From Cenarchaeum sp. (GTDB lineage: Archaea; Thermoproteota; Nitrososphaeria; Nitrososphaerales; Nitrosopumilaceae): a stretch of DNA of 64,000 nt. The translations under genes and the position numbers were made by a program. Of this stretch, positions 1 through 8,805 are shown piece after piece; the stretch's first letter is position 1; each line of letters begins with the position of its first letter. The DNA is taken from assembly GCA_965242695.1 (NCBI GenBank), contig CBDESU010000002.1, forward strand, positions 640,001-704,000, in the 5' to 3' direction. Under the pieces are notes generated by a model that worked only from the letters and a program-made list of their open reading frames with translations, was not told the DNA's origin and searched no databases.

Positions 1-41
1 CGGCATACCAATATAAGGCGCGGCCGTATCGGCGCGCGCAC

Positions 42-194
42 ATGGCAAAGTACGACGGGCTGCTCGGCCAGCCCGTGCTAGAGGTCGAGGAGCCCGACAA
101 GGAGGGCGGCATCACCGTAATCTTCAAGGACAACAGGTTCCTGTTCATAAAGGCCGCAGACGGAAAGGTCGAGACCGTCTCGATCCCGGAGTGA
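42..194 (+). CDS. small hypothetical protein (50 aa, MAKYDGLLGQPVLEVEEPDKEGGITVIFKDNRFLFIKAADGKVETVSIPE)
   Basis: Translated by hand (absent from the ORF track); ATATAAG TATA-like box at 11-17; similar to the next ORF. Confidence 0.75.
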   Translation: MAKYDGLLGQPVLEVEEPDKEGGITVIFKDNRFLFIKAADGKVETVSIPE

Positions 195-200
195 GTGCGG

Positions 201-368
201 ATGGACAAGTTTGATCCCGTCAGGATGCAGGACCTGGTGCGCGTCGACGACCCCGACGCCGACGGCGGCGTGACCCTGGCCTTCAAGGGGGGCCAGACTA
301 TGAAGATCATCGTCGGAAGCGACGGCAAGCTTGCCTGCACGGTGTCCGCGGGGGACGCCGCATCCTAG
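201..368 (+). CDS. small hypothetical protein (55 aa), paralog of the upstream ORF
   Basis: MDKFDPVRMQDLVRVDDPDADGGVTLAFKGGQ...; shares the V-x-x-PD-x-x-GG-[IV]T-x-x-FK pattern with 42..194; starts 6 bp after its stop. Confidence 0.7.
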   Translation: MDKFDPVRMQDLVRVDDPDADGGVTLAFKGGQTMKIIVGSDGKLACTVSAGDAAS

Positions 369-886
369 CCGCCGGCTGCTCCTCCGGGCCGGTCAGCGGC
401 GGCGTGCCGCTCATAGTACTCTACGGCCCGCTCCTGCTCGTCGCTCTGTATCGAGCCAGGCCGGCGCTCGCGGACGGTCCGAATGGCGTCTGCCGCCGAC
501 ATGCCCTCGTGCCGCACCAGATAGCACGCCAGGATGGTGCCCGCCCTGCCAAGGCCGGCCGCGCAGTGGACCATGGCCGGCGCGCCCCTCTCGACATGCT
601 CGCGGATGAACGCCACGGCCGCATCCGTCCCCTCCACCGTGGGCGCGGTCAGGTCGATGGTAGGCACGTGCAGGTAGTCTACGCCCTCGACCCAGCCGGC
701 GGGCAGCGGGTCCTCGGTCATTGTGACGACGGCCTTGACGCCGCGCTCGCGCAGCCACTCGACCTCGCCGGCCGACATGGGGCGGCCCGAGCCGGCGAGG
801 CTGCCGTCTATGAGCCATGAAAAATTCGTCGGGCGGCCGGTCACGGCGCCGTGCACCCTCCTCCACGCGTTGCCCGGAGCGCTCAA
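365..886 (-). CDS. dual-specificity protein phosphatase
   Basis: VHCAAGLGRAG (HCx5R) motif; PTNFSW N-terminus; RPGSIQ. Confidence 0.92.
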   Translation of the reverse strand: MSAPGNAWRRVHGAVTGRPTNFSWLIDGSLAGSGRPMSAGEVEWLRERGVKAVVTMTEDPLPAGWVEGVDYLHVPTIDLTAPTVEGTDAAVAFIREHVERGAPAMVHCAAGLGRAGTILACYLVRHEGMSAADAIRTVRERRPGSIQSDEQERAVEYYERHAAADRPGGAAGG

Positions 887-889
887 CTG

Positions 890-2506
890 TCAGACCCCCG
901 CATGGCCCGGATCAAATCGGGTCTTCAACTCCTCCCAGATACGGTCTGAACGACGTTCAATAAAGGCATCATAATTATCGTTCCATACACCGTAGGCGTT
1001 CAAGTCGTCGATCAGATGAGTGTTCATGGTTGATCCTAGATCCGAATTTGTGCGTCGGAATTCATCCATATATTTAGATGGCGCTTTATCTTTCATTTCT
1101 TTGTTTAGACGATCGTCCACGAGGGTTATGTTAGCGATCAAGTTTCGTCGACTAGCTACAATATTTTGTTTCTTTAGAAAGGCTTTTGGAAAAAAGTGGT
1201 GATAGCTCCTGCTATTTGACATGTTTAAGCGAGAATTATCCAGTATGATGTCATTGCCGTTCTTGAACGACTTTGGAATGGCGGCTGCAAGTACACACAA
1301 AACGGCATTGTTTATCGATTCACCTACATGGAATTGGAGATCTTGTATGTCTTTCACAGTAAGCGCCACATTAAACTCTTTTCCATAGTGTGGACGATCA
1401 CCGTCTATTATTGTATCTACAAATTTACAGTCGAGTTCGAGCTTGGATTCGACAGAGCTGGTAAATCTAGATGTCAAGGCCGTCTTCCAAAAGTATTCTT
1501 TTAGGTACGTATCTTGCTGCGTGGTGGGATCTGCACTATTTTTGAAAAAAAAGTAGCTAAATGGCACCATAAGGGCGGGATAAGGCAACAAGCGCGAAGA
1601 GGGAATTTTGTACGCTCGCCGGAAGTGGTCAATGGCTTTTTTAATGGAGTCAACGGTATCGTCCCAGATATTGACAATGTCCTCCCGGGGGAGTTCAAGA
1701 ATCACCTTTCGCTTGCACTCTTTCTTCAAGTTAATAGAAACACATTGTAAGAGCTGTGCAGGCGGAATCGCATACGCAACATCGGAAAGATCGTCTTGAA
1801 GAGAGTCATACTTGTCACCAAGATCGAAGGTGTGGTCGTCATATGTTTTTGCAACCATTATTTCAAACAATGTAAGAGATTTGCCGGTCGTGTTAATTCT
1901 GTTAAAGACTTCGACTGCTTTTTCCATGGGATAATCGTTGATTAGAATTGTCGAAAAAGCATAACCACGCAGTACATTTTGATGCGTCTGGATTTTTTCT
2001 AGCTGTTCATTATTGTATTCGCTTGCTAAGTCCGCAATGCCTTTATTGAGAAGATCATAAACGGTTATGCTTGTCCCCTCTGGTTTATCAACGCTTACCA
2101 TGTTTTCCGAATCATGGTGTTTTTCTAAATCTATGTAAATTTTTTTGTAGTCTTCCGATTTGCCATCTTTCTCTACTGTTAATCCATTTAGAATGACAAA
2201 TAGTGAGGCAAGCCTCTGCTGGCCATCTAACACGTACTGAACAAAATTGTCGTCCGGAACTTCGGGCAAGGTTTGATTCCCAAGGCACTTCACGTTGTTG
2301 AGTCGTTCTCTGGTCTTCCAAAGTATAAATGTGCCGATGGGATACCCTTTGAGGATGCTGTCTATGAGGTCGGCCGATTTTTTCTTCTCCCAGACAAAGT
2401 CTCTCTGGAACTTGGGAATCTGAATGTTCCCCTTTTCAATGTCTGAGAGCAGACCCCTATAGTCGCTAAAACCCGGCTTTGGCTGCGCTGGACCCGTGAC
2501 GGCCAT
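890..2506 (-). CDS. GmrSD-like restriction endonuclease (DUF262 plus C-terminal HNH-like DUF1524-type domain)
   Basis: IPKFQRDFVW, LDGQQR, FNRINTTG motifs; C-terminal HHFFPK...NLIANITLV; clearly lower GC than the flanks. Confidence 0.85.
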   Translation of the reverse strand: MAVTGPAQPKPGFSDYRGLLSDIEKGNIQIPKFQRDFVWEKKKSADLIDSILKGYPIGTFILWKTRERLNNVKCLGNQTLPEVPDDNFVQYVLDGQQRLASLFVILNGLTVEKDGKSEDYKKIYIDLEKHHDSENMVSVDKPEGTSITVYDLLNKGIADLASEYNNEQLEKIQTHQNVLRGYAFSTILINDYPMEKAVEVFNRINTTGKSLTLFEIMVAKTYDDHTFDLGDKYDSLQDDLSDVAYAIPPAQLLQCVSINLKKECKRKVILELPREDIVNIWDDTVDSIKKAIDHFRRAYKIPSSRLLPYPALMVPFSYFFFKNSADPTTQQDTYLKEYFWKTALTSRFTSSVESKLELDCKFVDTIIDGDRPHYGKEFNVALTVKDIQDLQFHVGESINNAVLCVLAAAIPKSFKNGNDIILDNSRLNMSNSRSYHHFFPKAFLKKQNIVASRRNLIANITLVDDRLNKEMKDKAPSKYMDEFRRTNSDLGSTMNTHLIDDLNAYGVWNDNYDAFIERRSDRIWEELKTRFDPGHAGV

Positions 2507-2559
2507 ACAGGGCGTGCGAGACGCATACCGTATATATATGAAGCGAAAAGGCAGGGGGC

Positions 2560-3621
2560 ATGGAGGGCAAGGAAGCCGTCCTGTACGAGAAAAAGGAGGG
2601 CGGCAAGGTGCGGTGCACCGCGTGCGCCAGGTACTGCGAGATGGCCCCCGGCCAGGTCGGGCTGTGCGGGGTGCGCGGCAACGAGGGCGGGCGGCTCGAC
2701 CTGTACGTGTACGGCAAGGTCATCGCCGGCCACGTCGACCCCGTAGAGAAGAAGCCGCTGGTGCACTACCGCCCCGGCTCGCCCATATACTCGATCGCCA
2801 CCACGGGCTGCAACTGGCTGTGCCGCTACTGCCAGAACTACGACATCAGCCAGCGGCGAAAGGTCGAGGGCGCAGACATGTCGCCTGCCGACGTAGTCGA
2901 CGAGGCCGTTGCCAACGGCGCCGACGGCATCGCCTACACGTACAACCAGCCGACGATATTCCTAGAGTTCGCGCGCGACTGCGGCTTAGAGGCGCACAGG
3001 CGCGGCCTCTTCAACGCGTTCGTCTCGAACGGATACGACACGCCCGAGGCCGTCGGGATGATGGGCGAGTTCCTCGACTGCATTACCGTCGACTTCAAGG
3101 GAAGCGCCGAGCCTGCCTTCACCAGGAGGTACATCGGCGTGCCCGACCCGCAGCCGATATTCGACACCATACTGGGCATACGCGACAGGACGAACATACA
3201 TGTCGAGATCACCGACCTTATAGTGCCCGAGGTCGGCGACGACCTGGTTGCGGCCAGAAAACTCTGCGAGTTCGTCCGCGACGAGCTCGGCGACGAGACG
3301 CCCGTCCACTTTCTGCGGTTCCACCCCGACTACAAGATGATGGAGTTTGGCAGCACGCCGGTCGAGACGCTCGAGAGGCACCACGCGGTCGCCGTCGAGG
3401 CCGGCCTAAAGTACGCGTACGTCGGCAACGTGCCGGGCCACCCGCTGGAGAAGACGTACTGCCACGGGTGCGGCACGGTGGCAGTCGACAGGTACGGCTT
3501 TGCCATCACGGGCTGGAACCTGGACGACGACAACCGGTGCAACAAGTGCGGCGCGGCCGTCCCCATAACCGGCAGGCCCCCGCCCGGCTACTCGCCGAAC
3601 AGGCTGCGCATACTCGACTAG
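2560..3621 (+). CDS. amrS: AmmeMemoRadiSam system radical SAM enzyme
   Basis: CTACARYC N-terminus, DPVEKKPL, GCNWLCRYCQN (CxxxCxxC), RFHPDYKM. Confidence 0.9.
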   Translation: MEGKEAVLYEKKEGGKVRCTACARYCEMAPGQVGLCGVRGNEGGRLDLYVYGKVIAGHVDPVEKKPLVHYRPGSPIYSIATTGCNWLCRYCQNYDISQRRKVEGADMSPADVVDEAVANGADGIAYTYNQPTIFLEFARDCGLEAHRRGLFNAFVSNGYDTPEAVGMMGEFLDCITVDFKGSAEPAFTRRYIGVPDPQPIFDTILGIRDRTNIHVEITDLIVPEVGDDLVAARKLCEFVRDELGDETPVHFLRFHPDYKMMEFGSTPVETLERHHAVAVEAGLKYAYVGNVPGHPLEKTYCHGCGTVAVDRYGFAITGWNLDDDNRCNKCGAAVPITGRPPPGYSPNRLRILD

Positions 3622-4412
3622 CGGCCGGGCTCCTTGTACCACAGGCCCCGGCGGCTCCCTCCGCCGGCGCGGCGGCGGGGCCTAGACGCGCCGCCGTCCT
3701 TGTACCACAGGCCCTTCCGGCGCCCCGGATCGGTGCCGTCGGGCAGCGGCGGCTCCACCTCGGCCAGGCAGAGCGCCCGCGCCGGCGCCCCCGTCCCGCC
3801 CCTTATCTTCAGCGGCAGGACGGCAAGCCGGAACCGCTCGGTGCGTATCTTTAGCAGCCCTGTCAGGTTCTCGACCACGGGTATGCCTGCGCCGAGCAGC
3901 GCCTTGTGGGCCGGGAACGACGACGCGTTCCCGGCGTCGATGCTCGGCGAGTCGATCCCGACGAGCGCCGGCTTGAGCGAGGCGATGCCGCGCGCGGCAT
4001 CGGCCGACAGGCCGGGGCACTGCTCAAAGTACGAGTCGCGCTCCGGGTGGTCGGACCACCCCGTGCGGATGACGAGCGCCTCGCCCGGCGCCGGCAGGTC
4101 CGGCGGCGGGATGGCGGCAAGGACATCGTTCCGCGTGATCGGCATCGAGGCATCGCGCCCGACGAGCCCGAGTATGACCGCCTCGCAGACCAGCCTGGAC
4201 GGTGCAATGCGGTCGACGGTTGCGCCGCGGCGCACAAAGTGGCGCGGCGCGTCGATGTGCGTTCCCGTGTGGGTGCTCATAAAGACGAGCTCTAGGTTGT
4301 ACCCGTCGTCGTTGATGGTCTCCCACGGGATGACATGCGGGGAGGGCGAGCCGGGAAAGGCCGGCAGGTCCTCCGAGACGGTCATGGTCAGGTCGATCGG
4401 CCGCGAGCCCAT
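3618..4412 (-). CDS. cyclase family protein (kynurenine formamidase-like)
   Basis: HTGTHIDAPRHF, VGIDSPSID, VVENL motifs. Confidence 0.9.
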   Translation of the reverse strand: MGSRPIDLTMTVSEDLPAFPGSPSPHVIPWETINDDGYNLELVFMSTHTGTHIDAPRHFVRRGATVDRIAPSRLVCEAVILGLVGRDASMPITRNDVLAAIPPPDLPAPGEALVIRTGWSDHPERDSYFEQCPGLSADAARGIASLKPALVGIDSPSIDAGNASSFPAHKALLGAGIPVVENLTGLLKIRTERFRLAVLPLKIRGGTGAPARALCLAEVEPPLPDGTDPGRRKGLWYKDGGASRPRRRAGGGSRRGLWYKEPGR

Positions 4413-4503
4413 CCGGCCGCGGCGGCGCGGGCGGGGCCTTATCGGCCTTCCGGCCGCGGCGGCGGCGCGGCGGGCTTAAATAGGGGGGCCGCGTGCCGGC
4501 CCC

Positions 4504-4764
4504 ATGGCCACCGCGTTCGTCCTGATAAACGCCGACTTGGGCTCGGACGGCGACATCATAGCGAGCATAAAGGAGGCCCTCGGGGGCGAAGAGGGCATCG
4601 AGTACGAGGTGCAGGGCGTGTACGGCGTGTACGACATAGTCGTAAAGCTGACGACCGGCGATGCCGCGCTGCTGCGCTCCGTCATCACGGGCAGGATCAG
4701 GCGCATCCCAAAGGTGCAGTCTACGCTGACGATGATGATGATCGACGAGCAAGAGACCCTATAG
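4504..4764 (+). CDS. Lrp/AsnC ligand-binding domain protein
   Basis: AFVLIN...GVYGVYDIVVKL...IRRIPKVQSTLTM; TTAAATA box about 28 bp upstream. Confidence 0.88.
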   Translation: MATAFVLINADLGSDGDIIASIKEALGGEEGIEYEVQGVYGVYDIVVKLTTGDAALLRSVITGRIRRIPKVQSTLTMMMIDEQETL

Positions 4765-5922
4765 GGCCCGCACCGCGTCGGCTAGCATCAGCACCTCCTC
4801 GTCCGTGTTGAAGTAGTGCGGCGAGGCCCTGAGCACCTTTTTGTCGACAAACTCGCGCACCGCCACGACGATGCCCTGCCGCTCAAGTCGGGCAGCCACG
4901 TCGACGGGGTCGCGCCCGCCGACCTCGAACGGCACTATGCTCGTGCGCGCGCGCTCCTCGTCGGGCCCGTACACGGCGACGCCGGGGATGCGCCCGAGCT
5001 CGCCGCGCAGCAGGCCGGCAAGGCGCGCCGCCTCGCGGCGGATGCCGTCTAGCCCGTTCCGCGCTATAGGGCACATCGCGCCGACAAGCCCCGCCGCCCC
5101 GGGATAGTTGCGAAAGCCCGTCTCTAGGCGCTCGGGCATGGCCTTGTACTCTAGGCGGCCGCCGTCGAGCAGGTCGGCCGACTCGCCGCCGATGCCCAGC
5201 GGCTCGAGAAGGTCCTCCGAGCCGCGCCGGCAGTAGAACAGGCCGATGCCCATCGGGCCGCGCAGCCACTTTGACCCGTTGAACGCCATAAAGTCGCACC
5301 CGATCCGCGAGACGTCCATGCGGCCGATGCACCCGACCGTCTGCGCCGCATCGACAAAGTACGGCACGCCCCGCCTTGCGAGCAGCTCGCCGACCTCTTC
5401 GACGGGCAGGACGGCGCCCGTGTTGTACAGGGCGTGGCTGAGCGAGACGAGCGCCGTCCTGCCGCCGTTGTCGTCTAGCGCCGCCTCCAGGTCGGCCATG
5501 CGAAACAGGCCGTTGTCGTCGACCGGCAGGCTCGAGACGCGGGCCGCGCCGGCGAGCCGCAGCCACGGATAGTAGTTGGCGTGGTGCTCGTGGGCGCCGC
5601 CCCGTATTACGATTCCGGCACCGTCCTCCAGCCGCAGCCCCCTGGCCACCGCGTTGACTCCGTCGGTCGTCGACTGCGCCAGTACAATCTCGTCGGGACT
5701 GCACCCGATGACATCGGCGACCGTCGAGCGCGCCGCGGCCACGACCTTGCCGACGTACTCTGACGCGGCATCCGAGTCTGGCCCCATCGCGCTGTACTCG
5801 GACAGAAAGGAATCTACCGCGGAGATCGCGTCGGCCGGCATCGGCGAGACCGATGCGTTGTTCAAGTACGCCCTGCAGCCGCGCCCCTGCGGCCGCAGAA
5901 AGCCAATGTCAACGTCCTTCAT
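4759..5922 (-). CDS. class V PLP-dependent aminotransferase (no SufS-type catalytic Cys visible)
   Basis: YLNNASVSP, EHHAN, VDAAQ, GSKWLRGPMGIG, RASPHYFN. Confidence 0.85.
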   Translation of the reverse strand: MKDVDIGFLRPQGRGCRAYLNNASVSPMPADAISAVDSFLSEYSAMGPDSDAASEYVGKVVAAARSTVADVIGCSPDEIVLAQSTTDGVNAVARGLRLEDGAGIVIRGGAHEHHANYYPWLRLAGAARVSSLPVDDNGLFRMADLEAALDDNGGRTALVSLSHALYNTGAVLPVEEVGELLARRGVPYFVDAAQTVGCIGRMDVSRIGCDFMAFNGSKWLRGPMGIGLFYCRRGSEDLLEPLGIGGESADLLDGGRLEYKAMPERLETGFRNYPGAAGLVGAMCPIARNGLDGIRREAARLAGLLRGELGRIPGVAVYGPDEERARTSIVPFEVGGRDPVDVAARLERQGIVVAVREFVDKKVLRASPHYFNTDEEVLMLADAVRAL

Positions 5923-5951
5923 TATTATACCAGGCCGGCCGCCCCACCCCG

Positions 5952-6608
5952 TTGCCCGTTAAAAACAGTGGCGGGGACGCGGGGCTCCCCGCCGGCCTGT
6001 CGTACGTCGTGTGCGGCGAGCCGCTGCTCAAGGCCGAGTTTCTCGGCCGGCTGGCCGGACAGAGCGGCGGCACCGTCTACATCGATCTCGATATGATGTA
6101 CGGTGGGTTCCTGCGGGCCGGGATGGCGCCGGCGCCGCCCGGCGGCCTTGTACGCATCGGGGCGTCCGGAGGGGACGAGGTGCGCGGGGCGCTCGGCCGG
6201 GCCGTCTCGGCCGTCTCGTCCGGCGGGCCGCGCACCGTAGTCATCGACACCCTCAACGGCATGTACGATGCGGCCGCCGGGATGCCAGACGGCGAGGCGC
6301 GCGCCGATGCGTCCGTCATGATACTCGCGATGGCCGCCATGCACACGTCCTCGCGGGTCGTCGTCGCCTGCGTCGCCGAGCCGGGCAGGGGCTCAAGGGA
6401 GGGGGAGTGGTACCTTATGCCCGGCAGGAGAAGGCTGCCCATGCCGGCCGCGGACACGGGGGGCGCCTCGTGGCTGCGGCTTGCGAGGGGCGATCGCCCC
6501 AAGGGGGGCGGAGAGGGGGCGATCGCGCTCGAGCCGATCGCCCGCGGCCGGCCGGCCTACGGCCGCATGGCCGCCGCATGGCCGCGCCGGGGCGGCCGGC
6601 CGCGCTAG
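5952..6608 (+). CDS. hypothetical protein with degenerate RecA/P-loop-like fold
   Basis: VYIDLD and VVIDTLNG strands; TTG start about 25 bp after ATTATTATA; start uncertain. Confidence 0.55.
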   Translation: MPVKNSGGDAGLPAGLSYVVCGEPLLKAEFLGRLAGQSGGTVYIDLDMMYGGFLRAGMAPAPPGGLVRIGASGGDEVRGALGRAVSAVSSGGPRTVVIDTLNGMYDAAAGMPDGEARADASVMILAMAAMHTSSRVVVACVAEPGRGSREGEWYLMPGRRRLPMPAADTGGASWLRLARGDRPKGGGEGAIALEPIARGRPAYGRMAAAWPRRGGRPR

Positions 6609-6622
6609 CGGAGCGGGTGCGC

Positions 6623-6657
6623 CAAACGGCGTTATAGGCCCTTCAAACGGCGTTATA
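6623..6657 (+). promoter_or_regulatory. 14-bp direct repeat CAAACGGCGTTATA x2 (period 21) upstream of the ferredoxin TATA box
   Basis: Copies at 6623 and 6644; TTATATTA at about 6678. Confidence 0.5.
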
Positions 6658-6710
6658 ATCAGCCTGCCCGGAGCAAGTTATATTAGCAACCCCGCCGGAC
6701 AACGCACACA

Positions 6711-7010
6711 ATGCCAGTAGCAATACTACCAGACATCAGCGAGCAGATGTGCATCGGCTGCGCCCTGTGCGTCGAGATATGCACCACGCTAGGTCCTGAC
6801 GTACTGAGGGTAAAGCCCGTCGAGGGCTGGAAGAGGGGCAAGGCGTTCGTCTTCTACCCCGAGCGGTGCATCTCGGACGGCGCATGCATCGGCGTGTGCC
6901 CGACGAAGGCGATCTTCTGGATGAGGCCCATGGACTTCACCGTCGGTCAGCCAGTCCCGCTCTACAAGAACTCGGTCTTCGTCAAGGGCTGGACCGAACT
7001 CGTCGACTAG
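6711..7010 (+). CDS. 2x[4Fe-4S] ferredoxin
   Basis: CIGCALCVEIC and CISDGACIGVCP motifs. Confidence 0.92.
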   Translation: MPVAILPDISEQMCIGCALCVEICTTLGPDVLRVKPVEGWKRGKAFVFYPERCISDGACIGVCPTKAIFWMRPMDFTVGQPVPLYKNSVFVKGWTELVD

Positions 7011-7103
7011 TCGGTTCGGTCTTTTCTTTTATTTGCCGCCTCGTGGGGGGCCCTGCGCCTCTCCCCCCCCCCCCCGCGTGCCGGGCAGGCGGCCTGCCGG
7101 ACA

Positions 7104-7564
7104 GCCCGCCTACGAACCAAAGCCAAGCCGCGACCTCCACGACCGCTGCCGTGGTGCGTGCGGCCCGCCTACGAACCAAAGCCAAGCCGCGACCTCCACG
7201 ACCGCTGCCGTGGTGCGTGCGGCCCGCCTACGAACCAAAGCCAAGCCGCGACCTCCACGACCGCTGCCGTGGTGCGTGCGGCCCGCCTACGAACCAAAGC
7301 CAAGCCGCGACCTCCACGACCGCTGCCGTGGTGCGTGCGGCCCGCCTACGAACCAAAGCCAAGCCGCGACCTCCACGACCGCTGCCGTGGTGCGTGCGGC
7401 CCGCCTACGAACCAAAGCCAAGCCGCGACCTCCACGACCGCTGCCGTGGTGCGTGCGGCCCGCCTACGAACCAAAGCCAAGCCGCGACCTCCACGACCGC
7501 TGCCGTGGTGCGTGCGGCCCGCCTACGAACCAAAGCCAAGCCGCGACCTCCACGACCGCTGCCG
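7104..7564. repeat. perfect 59-bp tandem repeat, about 7.8 copies, containing the 3' end and stop of the J-domain gene
   Basis: Unit GCCCGCCTACGAACCAAAGCCAAGCCGCGACCTCCACGACCGCTGCCGTGGTGCGTGCG at 7104, 7163, 7222, 7281, 7340, 7399, 7458, and partial at 7517. Confidence 0.95.
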
Positions 7565-8677
7565 GCCATCGGGCCGCATCTCAAAGTTGTCGATCATCTC
7601 GTACGTCACGGGAAAGCCGTCGCCGACCATCGTCGCCGCCGGCGAGGCGGGGCGCGGCGCGCCGGGCGGCACGAGCCGCCCGGGAAGGTCGCTTATGCGG
7701 CGCGTCTTGAGGTCGTGCACGCACAGCGCCTTGCCGTTGTCGAGGGAGACGACCGCATCGTCGCTCAGTCCGAGGACCGAGTTCCGCTCGAAGAACCGCA
7801 GCACGCCGCCGCGCTTGAGCTCGATCCTGACGTCGTACGTCATCTTGCTCCCGTAGACGAGGACCTCCCTGGCCGAGACGGCCACGTCGTCCTCCATGTT
7901 GAGGACCATGACGGCGTCCGCCTCTAGGCTCACCGTGTTGGCCACGTTCTCGGCTATTATCCTGCCGCGCGGCGCGTGCAGGCGCGTGCGCCGCTCGGAC
8001 GTCACGTACAGCCCGACCTTGCCGTCGGGATCCTGCACCTGCACCTTCCTGCCGAACACGTTGCCGACGACGATGTTGCCGCGCTCGGCGAGTATCCGCG
8101 CGCCGTTGTCGACCTTGTACTTGTTCTGGACGGGGTCTACGAACTTGAAGTCGCCGCGCGCGACGGCGATGCTCGTGGCGTGCTCGCCGAAGGTCGGGCT
8201 CGTGATGTTGCCGCGGACCATGACGGGGCCGTCGTACTCTAGCGAGCCGGCCATTATGTTGCCCTTTATGGTGAGGGCCCCGTTGGCCGTCCGCTCAAAC
8301 TCCATCTCGCCTAGCGCGCGCGAGCCGAACAGCCGCGAGCCCGTCCCCCCCGTGCGGCCCAGGGCCGCGGCCCACTCCTCCGCGAGCCGCATCTCGCCGG
8401 CGACCTCGCCGGCGAGTATGCGGTTGCGCCGCCTCGCCTCCTCCTCGTCGTCGCCCGTGTACACGCGCGACCGGCGGGCGCGCTCCTCGTCCGTGTCGGG
8501 GTACCTCTTGCCCTCCTTGAGGTCCTCGTACGCCTGCTTTATCCTCTTGAACCGCTCCGTGTCCCCGCCCCGGTCCGAGTGGTGCTGCAGTGCGAGGCGG
8601 CGGAACGCGGCCTGCACCTCCTTGCGGCCGGCGCCGTCGGCCACGCCGAGTATGTCGTAGTTGCTCTCCACCTGCAC
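7523..8677 (-). CDS. DnaJ (J-domain) protein with beta-rich C-terminal region
   Basis: NYDILGV...AFRRLALQHHSDRGG...FKRIKQAYEDL. Confidence 0.85.
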   Translation of the reverse strand: MQVESNYDILGVADGAGRKEVQAAFRRLALQHHSDRGGDTERFKRIKQAYEDLKEGKRYPDTDEERARRSRVYTGDDEEEARRRNRILAGEVAGEMRLAEEWAAALGRTGGTGSRLFGSRALGEMEFERTANGALTIKGNIMAGSLEYDGPVMVRGNITSPTFGEHATSIAVARGDFKFVDPVQNKYKVDNGARILAERGNIVVGNVFGRKVQVQDPDGKVGLYVTSERRTRLHAPRGRIIAENVANTVSLEADAVMVLNMEDDVAVSAREVLVYGSKMTYDVRIELKRGGVLRFFERNSVLGLSDDAVVSLDNGKALCVHDLKTRRISDLPGRLVPPGAPRPASPAATMVGDGFPVTYEMIDNFEMRPDGRQRSWRSRLGFGS

Positions 8678-8759
8678 TCCCCGTACGGACTCGGCGGCGG
8701 CGGCCGTACTTTAGTTGCGCGGCGGCGCGCCGGCGGCGGCCGTCGCGGCGGCCATACTG

Positions 8760-8784
8760 AACAATGTATAGTCATTGTTATAAG
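8760..8784. promoter_or_regulatory. palindrome AACAATG-N6-CATTGTT abutting the TATA box (TTATAAG) of tfb
   Basis: Perfect 7-bp inverted repeat at 8760-8779 in a divergent promoter region. Confidence 0.55.
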
Positions 8785-8805
8785 CAATGCCGGCGCCTTT
8801 GTTCC

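Noticed and set aside
4759-5922. SufS/IscS cysteine desulfurase call
   Set aside because: The catalytic Cys motif (RxGHHC or SGSAC) is absent
7104-7564. CRISPR array
   Set aside because: All 59-bp units are identical with no variable spacers, the unit derives from the adjacent gene end, and no cas genes are in the window
6866-7927. Long repeat-encoded ORFs on the + strand
   Set aside because: They arise from the stop-free tandem repeat and the antisense strand of the J-domain gene
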